64,000 nucleotides of DNA from Gammaproteobacteria bacterium (GCA_965243205.1 CBDEUK010000001.1:352001-416000), one strand, 5' to 3'. Shown: positions 51,499 to 62,028, numbered from the stretch's first letter. Program-made: numbers and translations. The notes: a model not told the origin generated them from the sequence alone.

Positions 51499-53439
51499 TT
51501 ATTTATTCGCTCGATTCTCAATGAGTTCATCTACCACAGTAGGATCAGCTAGAGTACTGGTATCACCTAAGTTCTCCAATTCATTAGCCGCAACTTTTCT
51601 GAGAATTCGACGCATAATTTTGCCAGAGCGGGTCTTCGGTAAACCAGGAGCCCATTGAATGATATCCGGACTGGCTATGGGTCCAATCTCTTTACGGACA
51701 TGACTAACCAATTCTTTCTTTAATTCATCTGATGGATCGGTACCGGCCATTAACGTGACATACGCATAGATACCCTGCCCTTTGACATCATGAGGATAGC
51801 CCACGACTGCGGCTTCCGCGACAGTGTCATGCAAGACTAATGCACTTTCAACCTCTGCAGTCCCCATACGGTGACCGGAAACATTAATAACATCGTCTAT
51901 TCGACCTGTGATCCAATAATACCCATCTTTGTCTCTTCTAGCACCATCTCCTGAAAAATATTTTCCAGGAAACATTTTGAAATACGTATCAATGAAACGT
52001 TCATGATCGCCAAATACGGTACGCATCTGGCCTGGCCAAGGACGTTTGATACATAAAGCACCTTCAGCTTCTCCTTCAAGTTCATTACCTTTATCGTCCA
52101 CCAAACAAGGTTCAACACCAAAAAATGGTAACGTAGCTGATCCAGGTTTTAGTGCAGTCGCTCCAGGCAAAGGCGTAATTAAATGACCACCTGTTTCTGT
52201 TTGCCACCAAGTATCAACTATCGGACATCTGCCATCGCCTACGACATTGTAATACCACTCCCAAGCTTCAGGGTTAATGGGCTCACCTACCGATCCAAGA
52301 ATGCGTAAGCTACTGCGATCATGCTTTGCTACAAATTCATCACCTTGTCCCATTAACATGCGTATTGCAGTCGGTGCAGTGTAAAATGAATTCACCTTAT
52401 GTTTTTCAACTATCTGCCAGAAACGGCCGACATCAGGATAATTTGGTACGCCTTCAAACATTAAACTAATCGCGCCGTTTGCTAATGGCCCATAAACAAT
52501 ATAGGAATGCCCAGTAACCCAACCTACATCAGCGGTACACCAATAGATCTCACCTTCCTGATAATCAAAAACATATTTATGTGTCATTGCTGCATAAAGC
52601 AGATATCCACCTGTAGTATGCAAAACACCTTTGGGCTTGCCCGTTGAACCTGAGGTATACAAAATAAACAATGGATCTTCTGCATCCATTTCTTCAGGCT
52701 CACAATCAGTAGAAGCGTTATCAACTAATTCGTGATACCAGACATCTCTATCACCGTTCCAATCAACATCATCTCCAGTTCTTTGAACAACGATACATGT
52801 ATGGACATTAGGACAACCGCTTAAACCCTTATCGGCATTGGCTTTAAGAGGAATATGTTTTTTACCACGTAAACTATAATCGCTGGTGATAACAACCTGA
52901 CAATCAGAGTCATTAATGCGGTCACGTAAAGCATCAGGAGAAAAACCTCCAAACACAATAGAATGAACTGCACCAATTCTGGTACACGCTAACATCGCAA
53001 CTGAGGCTTCAGGAATCATTGGCATGTATAAACAGACTCTATCCCCTTTTTTTACCCCACGAGATTTTAAACCATTAGCAAAGCGACAAACCTGTTCATG
53101 AAGCTCTTTGTAAGTAATTGTTTTATCTTCTTCAGGATCATCTCCTTCCCAAATGATGGCTGTTTGATCACCACGAGTATCTAGATGTCGATCCAAACAA
53201 TTGTATGAAACATTTAGCTTGCCACCTTTAAACCAATTAATATCGACATTATCTTTGCCAAATTCCCAATCCTGTACTTGGTCCCAAGTTTTAAACCAAG
53301 AAATAAATTCATTAGCCTGTTGTGCCCAGAAATTATCTGAATCATTAATCGATTGCTCATACATTGATTTATATTGTTCAGCATTTATATGAGCAGTATT
53401 TGAAATAGATGTAGGTACTTTATAAGTCTTATCTGACAT
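51499..53439 (-). CDS. acs: acetyl-CoA synthetase
   Basis: [37 protein letters not shown]. Confidence 0.97.
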   Translation of the reverse strand: MSDKTYKVPTSISNTAHINAEQYKSMYEQSINDSDNFWAQQANEFISWFKTWDQVQDWEFGKDNVDINWFKGGKLNVSYNCLDRHLDTRGDQTAIIWEGDDPEEDKTITYKELHEQVCRFANGLKSRGVKKGDRVCLYMPMIPEASVAMLACTRIGAVHSIVFGGFSPDALRDRINDSDCQVVITSDYSLRGKKHIPLKANADKGLSGCPNVHTCIVVQRTGDDVDWNGDRDVWYHELVDNASTDCEPEEMDAEDPLFILYTSGSTGKPKGVLHTTGGYLLYAAMTHKYVFDYQEGEIYWCTADVGWVTGHSYIVYGPLANGAISLMFEGVPNYPDVGRFWQIVEKHKVNSFYTAPTAIRMLMGQGDEFVAKHDRSSLRILGSVGEPINPEAWEWYYNVVGDGRCPIVDTWWQTETGGHLITPLPGATALKPGSATLPFFGVEPCLVDDKGNELEGEAEGALCIKRPWPGQMRTVFGDHERFIDTYFKMFPGKYFSGDGARRDKDGYYWITGRIDDVINVSGHRMGTAEVESALVLHDTVAEAAVVGYPHDVKGQGIYAYVTLMAGTDPSDELKKELVSHVRKEIGPIASPDIIQWAPGLPKTRSGKIMRRILRKVAANELENLGDTSTLADPTVVDELIENRANK

Positions 53440-53482
53440 AAGTCCTTCCCTCGTTTATAGAATATTTTTTATAGTTATAGTT

Positions 53483-54628
53483 TTAATTTGACTTCAGTAA
53501 TTTAAGTCGTCGATAGATCGTCGTACGATTAATCCCTAAGATGCGCGCCGCTTTAGAAATGTTTCCATTCGTTTTCTCCAACGCCTCTTTGATCATCTGA
53601 TCACCTTGTGATTTAAAATCAATTGTTTGATTGGTAGAAATGAAATTTGAATGTTCAAAAAAACTATCTTGAATCAAAATCGCTCCTAAGCAAACATTTG
53701 ACTCCATGATAGGTTCAATAATAAATCTTATTTCTTTATTTTCATTGATATTGATCAATAATTCATCGCTTATCCCTTTATGTAAAATAGATTCAATGGA
53801 ATCCCATATCCCTGTTTGAAGATTATATTTTGAAATCTTTGATAAATTTTGACCTGCAAAAAAATTCATTAATGATTGATCACACTCTAAAACGCATCCC
53901 AGAGAATCAATTAAACAACTCGAAACATTACTTAATTGAAATTTTCTCTCTCGATATAGTTGTCTTAGTTGTTCACGTTTTTGCAAACGCATGACATTCA
54001 ATTCAGACTCAACAGAATGTGCTAATGAGACTGCTAATGACATCGTTTGCATAGAGAGATGATTGGCAGGACCAGTAATATCAATCGCACCGATCACATC
54101 ACCTGCTAAATTATGAATGGGTGATCCATAACAAGCCCAAGGTTGCCAAGCCTCACAATAATGTTCACTACCATAAATCAATTCAGGTTTATCAAATGCG
54201 ATAGGAGTACCAACACCATTTGGTCCAACTTGATCAATATCCCAAGAACCACCTGGCATAAAATTAATTTGTTCCAATTCCGCCTGAACGGCTTTATGAC
54301 CAACGGAATATAAAATCTGACCTTCAGCGTTCGCTAAAACCATAATGTGTTTTGTATTGAAGGTTGAATCGGCAACCCGTTCTAAAACAGACTTACCAAC
54401 AATGCCTAACTCGTTATTATTAATTTGTTCATCGAGTTCACTTTGCTCTAAGGCAGTGCTAGCTCTTTGTATATTTGGATCAATGCCTTTGTCTCGGCTT
54501 TGTCGCCAACTGTCTAGAATCAGTTGTCGCGGTGTAGAGCGTGTACTGTGTCCTGTATCAACGAACTCTTCCCATGCTTTTTTAATCGCTAAGGAGTTAG
54601 TCCCTTGTTCTTCTAAGGTGGGGTTCAT
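53483..54628 (-). CDS. GAF-domain transcriptional regulator with Fis-type HTH (AcoR/DhaR-like N-terminus, no AAA+ domain)
   Basis: SWRQS...G, G.W....VGPNGVGT, EHYC.....WAC.GSPIH, IDITG; C-terminal ALEKTNGNISKAARILGINRTTIYRRLK. Confidence 0.82.
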   Translation of the reverse strand: MNPTLEEQGTNSLAIKKAWEEFVDTGHSTRSTPRQLILDSWRQSRDKGIDPNIQRASTALEQSELDEQINNNELGIVGKSVLERVADSTFNTKHIMVLANAEGQILYSVGHKAVQAELEQINFMPGGSWDIDQVGPNGVGTPIAFDKPELIYGSEHYCEAWQPWACYGSPIHNLAGDVIGAIDITGPANHLSMQTMSLAVSLAHSVESELNVMRLQKREQLRQLYRERKFQLSNVSSCLIDSLGCVLECDQSLMNFFAGQNLSKISKYNLQTGIWDSIESILHKGISDELLININENKEIRFIIEPIMESNVCLGAILIQDSFFEHSNFISTNQTIDFKSQGDQMIKEALEKTNGNISKAARILGINRTTIYRRLKLLKSN

Positions 54629-54826
54629 CAAGATTCCTCTTCGGCAATTCTTAATATATTTACAATTATTTAGATACTAAAAATTGTAACAAAGATGAAT
54701 AATAAATCTATAAATATAGGCTTTTTTTAATTAATATGATTGTATTAGACGTTGCTTAATGCAACAAAGAAGTAAACTATCGCATACTTTTAGTGCAAGA
54801 AAAGAAATTTTGAAGCTATAAAAATT

Positions 54827-55561
54827 TTACTGCCTAAAAACCTTCTTTAATAATTCAGTTGTTCGAGCAGCTGGATTTGTCCTAATCAATTTTTCTTCAT
54901 CTGCCAAAATAGAAAATAAACCATCCATTGTTTTATTGGTGACATACTTATCAAGATCCAAAGCTTCTGTATCGACTAGATTTTTCATGAAACCAAGATT
55001 ATCGATCATATTTTTATAATTATTTGTCACACCCGTTTTTTCGGTTGCTGCTTGCACAATCGGTAACATTTTTTCAAATAAGCGACTGCCACCTGTGCTA
55101 CGAAAATACTCTGTAGCTGCATTATCAGGCCCGTTTACAATTGCTTTCGCATCATCAAAGGTCATTTGTTTAATAGCATCACCTAGAATATTAGCGGTTT
55201 CTGGAATGGCTTGCTCAGCGGCTCGATTCATGGTGAGAATGAATTCATCGGCGTATTTATCTTGACCTATTTTACGTAAGCCACTTTCAATTGATTGTAA
55301 TTTTTCTGGCATTCGGATCTTCACTTTATTATTAGCAAAGAAACCATCGGTCTTACCTAAAGATTGGATCGCGTTTTTGGTTGAAACCGATAAGGCTTCT
55401 TTTAACCCATCAATCATATCGGAATTACTGAGTGCAGAAAGAGCAGAACCCGAACTTTCAGAATCTCCTCCAAAGACATCTTTTAATAAATCGCCCCAAC
55501 CAGCGAAGGCAAATTTACCTGGCATTAATACTAAAAGTATGATCAATAAAAATTGCTTCAC
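54827..55561 (-). CDS. DUF4197 family exported protein
   Basis: GLKEAL, LGKTDGFF.N..VKI.MP, MNRAAEQA, EEKLIRTNPAARTT; GTG start after AGGAGA SD. Confidence 0.85.
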   Translation of the reverse strand: MKQFLLIILLVLMPGKFAFAGWGDLLKDVFGGDSESSGSALSALSNSDMIDGLKEALSVSTKNAIQSLGKTDGFFANNKVKIRMPEKLQSIESGLRKIGQDKYADEFILTMNRAAEQAIPETANILGDAIKQMTFDDAKAIVNGPDNAATEYFRSTGGSRLFEKMLPIVQAATEKTGVTNNYKNMIDNLGFMKNLVDTEALDLDKYVTNKTMDGLFSILADEEKLIRTNPAARTTELLKKVFRQ

Positions 55562-55577
55562 GAATCTATCTCCTGAA

Positions 55578-56828
55578 TTAAGCATCGGCTGTAGCAGATT
55601 TACTTGAGTAACGTTGTTCTACGTAATTATCAACGATTTCTTTGAACTCAGCAGCGATGTTATCGCCTTTCAGAGTGACTGTTTTTTTGCCATCAACGAA
55701 AACTGGCGCTGAAGGCGCCTCACCTGTTCCAGGAAGGCTGATACCAATATCTGCATGTTTACTTTCTCCAGGGCCATTAACCACGCAACCCATTACCGCA
55801 AGATTCATATCTTCAACGCCTTCGTATTTTTCACGCCAGATTGGCATTTGACTACGTACATATGCCTGAATGTTATCTGCTAGCTCTTGGAAAACCGTAC
55901 TGGTCGTCCGTCCGCATCCTGGGCATGCTGTTACTAATGGGGTAAATGATCGTAATCCCATCGTTTGCAACATCTCTTGTGCAACAATGACTTCATTAGC
56001 GCGGTCACCGCCTGGTTCAGGTGTTAGAGATACACGAATCGTATCGCCTATCCCTTCCTGTAATAACACGCCCATCGCTGCAGTGGATGCAACAATACCT
56101 TTTGAACCCATGCCCGCTTCGGTAAGACCTAAATGTAATGCGTAATCACAGCGTGACGATAAATCTCGGTAAACGGAAATTAACTTCTGTACACCACTGA
56201 CTTTACATGACAACACAATTTTATCGCGGCCAAGGCCAATCTCTTCGGCTTTTTTAGCACTGGATAATGCGGACATGATCAAAGCCTCGCGCATAACATC
56301 CTCGGCTTCTTTTGGTTCAGCCAATTGCGCATTTTCATCCATCATTTGCGCGAGTAAATCTTGGTCCAAACTGCCCCAATTCACACCAATACGTACGGGC
56401 TTATCGTACTCAATGGCCTTTTCGATCATGGTGCCAAATTGCAAATCTTTTTTACGACCAAACCCAACATTGCCTGGGTTGATTCGATATTTGCCTAATG
56501 CCTCAGCACATTCAGGGTATTTTGTGAGTAATTGATGCCCGTTGTAATGAAAGTCTCCCACAATTGGCACCATACAGCCTGTCGCAGCCAACATATCTCG
56601 AATTCGGGCGACTTGTTTGGCAGATTCTTCATTATTCACCGTTATCCTGACCAGTTCAGAACCAGCTGCAGCTAACTGTTGAATTTGTTTGGCTGTGGCT
56701 ACAGCATCGGCTGTATCGGTATTGGTCATGGATTGCACAACCACAGGACTTGAACCACCAATGGTCACAGAACCAACTTTGACTCCGACACTAGTTCGTC
56801 GAAGATGAGGACCGGGGATGAATGACAT
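55578..56828 (-). CDS. ispG: (E)-4-hydroxy-3-methylbut-2-enyl-diphosphate synthase IspG
   Basis: [48 protein letters not shown]. Confidence 0.97.
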   Translation of the reverse strand: MSFIPGPHLRRTSVGVKVGSVTIGGSSPVVVQSMTNTDTADAVATAKQIQQLAAAGSELVRITVNNEESAKQVARIRDMLAATGCMVPIVGDFHYNGHQLLTKYPECAEALGKYRINPGNVGFGRKKDLQFGTMIEKAIEYDKPVRIGVNWGSLDQDLLAQMMDENAQLAEPKEAEDVMREALIMSALSSAKKAEEIGLGRDKIVLSCKVSGVQKLISVYRDLSSRCDYALHLGLTEAGMGSKGIVASTAAMGVLLQEGIGDTIRVSLTPEPGGDRANEVIVAQEMLQTMGLRSFTPLVTACPGCGRTTSTVFQELADNIQAYVRSQMPIWREKYEGVEDMNLAVMGCVVNGPGESKHADIGISLPGTGEAPSAPVFVDGKKTVTLKGDNIAAEFKEIVDNYVEQRYSSKSATADA

Positions 56829-56941
56829 ACTTACTATAAACCTTTGATAAATGATTAGGCTGGCAGTCTACTTGGCAAGCGGTTGCTGTCAAGAAAATCA
56901 CCATGTTTCGTCTTTTACGCCTAAATAACAACAATTTCGAG

Positions 56942-56964
56942 CAATAAAATGTGACATTTTATTG
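56942..56964. promoter_or_regulatory. perfect palindrome (operator candidate) between ispG and fabA
   Basis: CAATAAAATGT-G-ACATTTTATTG. Confidence 0.55.
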
Positions 56965-57075
56965 GGACGAATTCCTGTTCCGTGCGATACTTCGCACCTA
57001 ATTTATATCAGCAAAAGAAAAATAAACAAATACCTTCCAGTAACCCATCGCTGCCAGGTTTTTGAAACTAACCGT

Positions 57076-57618
57076 ATGAACCAACCAGAAAAACAATATT
57101 TATTTGATAGAAAATCTCATTATACCTACGATGAATTACTAGACTGTGGTCTTGGCAAAATGTTCGGTGATGGTAATGCTCAGTTACCTCAACCGCCGAT
57201 GCTCATGTTTGATCGCATCGCAGAAATTAACGAAACAGGCGGCGAACACCAAAAAGGACAAATCATCGCTGAAATGGATATAAAACCTGACTTATGGTTC
57301 TTTGACTGCCACTTCACCAATGACCCGGTTATGCCAGGATGTCTTGGACTCGATGCCATGTGGCAATTAGTTGGCTTTTATCTCGGTTGGATGGGAGCAC
57401 CAGGCAGAGGCCGTGCACTAGGCTCAGGGGAAGTTAAATTTACCGGCCAAGTCACTCCAAAAAATGAATTAGTCAGCTATGAAATTACTATGAAACGCGT
57501 TATTTTACGCAAGCTAGTAATGGGGGTGGCCGATGCCGTCATGAAAGTAGACGGTAAAGAAATTTACGCTGCAAAGGATTTACGCGTTGGCCTATTTCAA
57601 TCAACTGAAGATTTTTAA
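57076..57618 (+). CDS. fabA: 3-hydroxydecanoyl-ACP dehydratase/isomerase FabA
   Basis: [41 protein letters not shown]; ATG at 57076. Confidence 0.96.
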   Translation: MNQPEKQYLFDRKSHYTYDELLDCGLGKMFGDGNAQLPQPPMLMFDRIAEINETGGEHQKGQIIAEMDIKPDLWFFDCHFTNDPVMPGCLGLDAMWQLVGFYLGWMGAPGRGRALGSGEVKFTGQVTPKNELVSYEITMKRVILRKLVMGVADAVMKVDGKEIYAAKDLRVGLFQSTEDF

Positions 57619-57643
57619 TCAATTCTATAACTAAAACTATAAT

Positions 57644-58858
57644 ATGAAACGAGTAGTCATCACCGGTCTCGGCATTGTATCGAGCATTGGAAATAATCAA
57701 GAAGAAGTTATCGCAAGTTTAAAAGCAGGTAAATCAGGCGTTCAACGCTCTGAAGAATATGCCGAACTGGGTTTTCGTTCGCATGTGTATGCGCCTATCA
57801 ATATTGATATCAACGAGCATGTTGATCGTAAAATGAAACGCTTTATGGGCGATGCAGCGGCTTATGCTTCCATCGCTATGAATGAAGCTATACAAGATGC
57901 CAATCTAGCAGATGATTTAGTCTCAAATCCTCGTACTGGTTTAATCGTAGGCTCAGGCGGTTCTTCAACCGATAACATGTTACAAGTCACCGATACCGTT
58001 CGAGAACGCGGAGCAAAAAAAGTCGGCCCAACCATGGTTCCAAGAATCATGAGTAGTACTGTCAGTGCTTGCTTAGCCGTTGCCTATAAAACCAAAGGCA
58101 TCAATTACTCTATCAGTTCTGCTTGTTCTACTAGTGCACACTGTATTGGCAATGCCTACGAACAAATTCAAATGGGTAAACAGGATATTATCTTTGCAGG
58201 TGGTGGCGAAGAATTGCACTGGACCAGTAGTGTGTTATTTGATGCGATGGGCGCACTTTCTTCTAAATACAACGAAACACCTGAAATTGCATCACGGGCT
58301 TTCGATGCTAACCGAGATGGCTTTGTGATCTCTGGTGGCGGCGGCATTGTTGTGGTTGAAGAGTTAGAGCATGCGCTTGCACGTGGCGCTAAAATTTATG
58401 CCGAAATTACGGGTTATGGCGCAACCAGTGACGGTTTTGATATGGTTAAACCATCAGGTGAAGGCGCATTTCGTTGTATGCAAATAGCTAAACCTGAAGG
58501 CGTGGATATCGATTACATTAACGCCCATGCAACTAGCACCCCTGCAGGCGATGTGGTTGAACTCAATACGATTAAAACGTTATTTAAAGATACACTGCCT
58601 AAAGTCAATTCCACTAAATCCTTAACAGGGCATGGGCTTGGTTGTGCAGGTGTTAACGAAGCAATCTTTTCCCTTCTAATGATGCAAGAAAACTTCATTG
58701 CTGCTTCTGCAAACATCGAAAACTTAGATGATGCTGCAGAAGATTTACCGATTGTCTTAGACCGAATTGATAACATTGAATTAAACGCCGTTATGTCGAA
58801 TAGTTTCGGCTTTGGTGGAACTAACGCCACATTAGTTTTTCAAAAACTCCAACAATAA
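57644..58858 (+). CDS. fabB: 3-oxoacyl-ACP synthase I FabB
   Basis: [41 protein letters not shown]; follows fabA. Confidence 0.96.
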   Translation: MKRVVITGLGIVSSIGNNQEEVIASLKAGKSGVQRSEEYAELGFRSHVYAPINIDINEHVDRKMKRFMGDAAAYASIAMNEAIQDANLADDLVSNPRTGLIVGSGGSSTDNMLQVTDTVRERGAKKVGPTMVPRIMSSTVSACLAVAYKTKGINYSISSACSTSAHCIGNAYEQIQMGKQDIIFAGGGEELHWTSSVLFDAMGALSSKYNETPEIASRAFDANRDGFVISGGGGIVVVEELEHALARGAKIYAEITGYGATSDGFDMVKPSGEGAFRCMQIAKPEGVDIDYINAHATSTPAGDVVELNTIKTLFKDTLPKVNSTKSLTGHGLGCAGVNEAIFSLLMMQENFIAASANIENLDDAAEDLPIVLDRIDNIELNAVMSNSFGFGGTNATLVFQKLQQ

Positions 58859-58874
58859 CGAACTACGGTCATGT

Positions 58875-59312
58875 ATGGATCCAGCTACTGCAAATATGGT
58901 AAAAATTTTGATGAGCTGGACCGTACATTTAGCAACGGCATATAGCCTTCCAGAAACATTACCTGAGCTTGTTTACGAACCACGAGAATATTTTGTTAAT
59001 ACCGTTTGTGGCGGTGTTGAAAAGAAATGTGATGCCGTTGGTTGGTACGATAACAATGGCACTATTCATATTGACGATAGATTGAAAGGCAATGAAGATC
59101 CTTATACCCGAAGTCTAATCGTGCATGAACTTGTACATTACCTACAAGACATCAGCGGTAAATTTGATAATAAAAGTTGTGAAGATTATGTTTTCAAAGA
59201 ACGTGAGGCCTACAGCATACAACGTCAGTATTTGAAACGTATCGCGCAGCGTTATGTGGCTATCTATCAAAACTATCCACCTTGCCAATGGCATGAAACA
59301 ACAGATGAATAA
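58875..59312 (+). CDS. hypothetical protein with HExxH zincin-like motif
   Basis: SLIVHELVHYLQ followed by C....EREAY..Q. Confidence 0.65.
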   Translation: MDPATANMVKILMSWTVHLATAYSLPETLPELVYEPREYFVNTVCGGVEKKCDAVGWYDNNGTIHIDDRLKGNEDPYTRSLIVHELVHYLQDISGKFDNKSCEDYVFKEREAYSIQRQYLKRIAQRYVAIYQNYPPCQWHETTDE

Positions 59313-59900
59313 ATGAACTGGTTAAAAGATTTTTCACCTTTTGTTTTTATTAGTTTATTTTCTATAAGCGCACTTTCTGAAACGGAAATAGAATTTACCA
59401 CGCGAGAATACCCTGTTCCTGAACATGGTTTGTTAAGTTTAGAAGTTCCAACAGAATGGAATGTCACTTATTACGAACCCGCCGATATAAAAGCACCTAT
59501 TATCATTTTTTATCCGCAAGAAAAACCACATAACTTTCAATTAACGGTTTCACCACTTTGGGATGAAGGTTATTTAAGAAACATTACTGAACCCGAATAC
59601 ATAAAAAAATATTTAGAATCGGTTGGTACTGATATTTTGCAATATTCTGATCAAGATGAATTAGAACTTAAATTATTAGATGGCAAACAAGGTGATGGTT
59701 ATTATTTTCAAGTTTCAGATCAATCAGCACCCGATTCTGAATTTAAATATTTAACTCAAGGCGCCATCGCGGTAGGAGAAATATTGGTGGTTTTTTCGTA
59801 TTTTAGTAATCAAGTAAATGATCAAAATACCGATATCATTCTGGAAATGATGCGTAAAGCTGTGCAGAATCATCAACGTCAAGTACACTTATTTTACTAA
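59313..59900 (+). CDS. hypothetical exported protein
   Basis: Signal-like N-terminus; start abuts the previous stop. Confidence 0.65.
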   Translation: MNWLKDFSPFVFISLFSISALSETEIEFTTREYPVPEHGLLSLEVPTEWNVTYYEPADIKAPIIIFYPQEKPHNFQLTVSPLWDEGYLRNITEPEYIKKYLESVGTDILQYSDQDELELKLLDGKQGDGYYFQVSDQSAPDSEFKYLTQGAIAVGEILVVFSYFSNQVNDQNTDIILEMMRKAVQNHQRQVHLFY

Positions 59901-59921
59901 TCTAATAAGAAAATACTTAAC

Positions 59922-61709
59922 TTGGACACAATTTCTTCTCTCTCGCTGATTGTCGTATTGGGCATCACCTGCCAGTGGTTGGCATGGTGGGCTCGCTTAC
60001 CTGCTATTTTATTCTTACTGATCACAGGCATGCTCATAGGGCCAGTAACGGGTGTTTTAAATCCTGATCAATTATTTGGTGATCTTTTATTTCCCATGGT
60101 GTCTCTCTCCGTAGCCGTCATCTTATTTGAAGGCAGTTTGACCTTAAAATTTGATGAGATTAGAGGCTTGGGTTACGTGGTGCGTAACATGATCAGTATC
60201 GGCACACTGATTACCTGGATCGGAACCGCATTAGTCACTCATGCCTTATTGGATTTTCCATATGAGTTATCGTTTTTGTTTGGCGCAGTTGTTATCGTAA
60301 CTGGTCCTACTGTGATTGTTCCAATTCTAAGAAGTGTTAGGCCCAATGCAAAAATCGCTAATATCCTGCGTTGGGAAGGTATTACCATCGATCCCATTGG
60401 CGCTTTAATGGCGGTCTTGGTTTTTGACTTCATTATTTCCAAACAAAACGAATACGTATTTAGCAATATTCTGATCGTGTTTGGAACACTCATCTTTGTC
60501 GGCACTGTCGTTGGCATAATCGCAGCTCTCGCACTTAACTATGTTCTAAAACGTCATTTAATACCTGAGTATTTACGCAATGTATTTGCCTTAGCGTTGG
60601 TTTTTGCAGCATATGCTGTTTCCGATCTATTTGTTCATGAGTCAGGCTTATTAGCCGTCACCGTTATGGGTATTATTCTGGCCAACATGAAAGAAACGGA
60701 TATCGAAGACATACTTGATTTTAAAGAGACATTGAGTGTTCTACTCATATCTGGATTATTTATTATTTTGGCTGCACGTATTGAGTTTGAACAATTCCAA
60801 CAACTGGGTTTTCGATCGTTTGGAATTTTATTAGCGCTTATGTTCATCATTCGCCCGCTTAAAGTATGGATCTCGTCTATTGGCTCGGACTTAACCGTAG
60901 CTGAAAAAATGATGATTTCTTGGGTTGGGCCAAGAGGTATTGTAGCAGCAGCCATCGCTGCATTATTCGCTATTCGACTTGAAGAAGCGGGGTTTCCTGA
61001 AGCATCTTTATTAGTACCACTGACATTTCTTATCATTATTGGCACTGTCGTAATCCAAAGCTTAACCTCAAAACAAATTGCTAGCTGGCTAGGTGTACGT
61101 GAACCTGCTGCAACAGGAGTGTTGATCATTGGCGCGGGTAAAGTCGCAAGAGTGATTGGCAAAGCTATTCAAGAACAAGGATTTAAAGTCGTCATGACTG
61201 ACAGTAACTGGGAAAATACCAGTCTTGCACGTATGGAAGGCTTAATGACGTATTTTGGTAACCCTATATCTGAACATGCTGACCGTAATCTAGATTTAGT
61301 TGGCGTAGGTTCAATGTTGGGGCTATCTGGGCGTGCCAACCTTGATACATTAGCAGCTCTTCGCTTTCGTAACGAATTTGGTTCGAATAGCGTTTATGAA
61401 GTAAAAACTAGCCGTGAAGATATTGTTGGTGATAAACATATTGTTTCGACACGTCATCGTGGCTTCCAGTTATTTTCTAATGATATTACCTATGGAACCT
61501 TAGCTAACTGGATAGGCAATGGTGCTGAAATTAAAAAGAATCAATTAAGTAATACCTTTGATTACTCAAATTTTCAAGATAAATATAAAAACAATTCCAT
61601 TCAATTATTCGCAATTGATCCTAAAGGAAAATTACATTTTTACGTTGCTGAAAAAGAACTTAAACCTGAAGCCGGTTGGAGTATCATCAGTTTGATTCAA
61701 CCCGCATAA
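59922..61709 (+). CDS. cation:proton antiporter (CPA1/NhaP-like) with C-terminal RCK/TrkA-like domain
   Basis: VILFEGSLTL, TGPTV, LRWEG..IDP.G, GPRGIVAAA; IIGAGKVAR nucleotide-binding-like motif. Confidence 0.9.
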   Translation: MDTISSLSLIVVLGITCQWLAWWARLPAILFLLITGMLIGPVTGVLNPDQLFGDLLFPMVSLSVAVILFEGSLTLKFDEIRGLGYVVRNMISIGTLITWIGTALVTHALLDFPYELSFLFGAVVIVTGPTVIVPILRSVRPNAKIANILRWEGITIDPIGALMAVLVFDFIISKQNEYVFSNILIVFGTLIFVGTVVGIIAALALNYVLKRHLIPEYLRNVFALALVFAAYAVSDLFVHESGLLAVTVMGIILANMKETDIEDILDFKETLSVLLISGLFIILAARIEFEQFQQLGFRSFGILLALMFIIRPLKVWISSIGSDLTVAEKMMISWVGPRGIVAAAIAALFAIRLEEAGFPEASLLVPLTFLIIIGTVVIQSLTSKQIASWLGVREPAATGVLIIGAGKVARVIGKAIQEQGFKVVMTDSNWENTSLARMEGLMTYFGNPISEHADRNLDLVGVGSMLGLSGRANLDTLAALRFRNEFGSNSVYEVKTSREDIVGDKHIVSTRHRGFQLFSNDITYGTLANWIGNGAEIKKNQLSNTFDYSNFQDKYKNNSIQLFAIDPKGKLHFYVAEKELKPEAGWSIISLIQPA

Positions 61710-61733
61710 CAAAGTGATCACTTGCAATAAATA

Positions 61734-61755
61734 AACTGTGATCTAGTTCCCATTT
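61734..61755. promoter_or_regulatory. CRP-type binding site 1
   Basis: AACTGTGATCTAGTTCCCATTT matches 19 of 22 positions of the consensus AAATGTGATCTAGATCACATTT. Confidence 0.7.
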
Positions 61756-61814
61756 CAAACAAGTCACAACTAGAAATTCATATTCGCTTAATAGATCCTA
61801 TCTAAAATTATAGG

Positions 61815-61907
61815 TGTAGCTTTCCATGTGTAGTGAAGTAGTGAAACAGCATGGGGTTACTCTTAATCCCTCCTCCCCAAGAGTAGCCCCAAGCTTTTAA
61901 CTTTTTT
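61815..61907 (+). ncRNA. candidate small RNA 1 with CCUCCUCCC loop (boundaries inferred)
   Basis: TAAAAT -10 at 61803; 13-bp stem TGGGGTTACTCTT/AAGAGTAGCCCCA with one U-G pair, loop AATCCCTCCTCCCC, T-rich tail. Confidence 0.55.
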
Positions 61908-61947
61908 ATGTCTAACATTAATAGTGAAAAAATAATTGTTGACTTTA

Positions 61948-61963
61948 TGTGATTTAAATCACG
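61948..61963. promoter_or_regulatory. CRP-type binding site 2
   Basis: TGTGA-TTTAAA-TCACG. Confidence 0.7.
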
Positions 61964-61979
61964 CCTTTACGGCTCATTT

Positions 61980-62022
61980 TGTGAGAATAATCACAGATAT
62001 CCTGATCATGAATTACTAGACT
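61980..62022 (+). promoter_or_regulatory. CRP-type site 3 plus -10 element (class II geometry)
   Basis: Perfect TGTGA-GAATAA-TCACA centred at 61987.5; TAGACT at 62017-62022 puts +1 near 62029 and the site at -41.5. Confidence 0.75.
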
Positions 62023-62028
62023 TATTAC

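Noticed and set aside
56872-56887. TTGGCAAGCGGTTGCT as a sigma-54 promoter for fabA
   Set aside because: Only 9 nt between GG and GC; sigma-54 requires 10
56962-57075. 38-aa N-terminal extension of FabA in the ORF track
   Set aside because: Starts at a TTG with no SD inside the palindrome/promoter region; FabA similarity begins after ATG 57076
61826-61900. 24-aa ORF MCSEVVKQHGVTLNPSSPRVAPSF across hairpin 1
   Set aside because: Runs through the stem into the U tail with only a weak AGGTG SD; RNA structure explains the sequence better, though a dual-function RNA cannot be excluded without ribosome profiling
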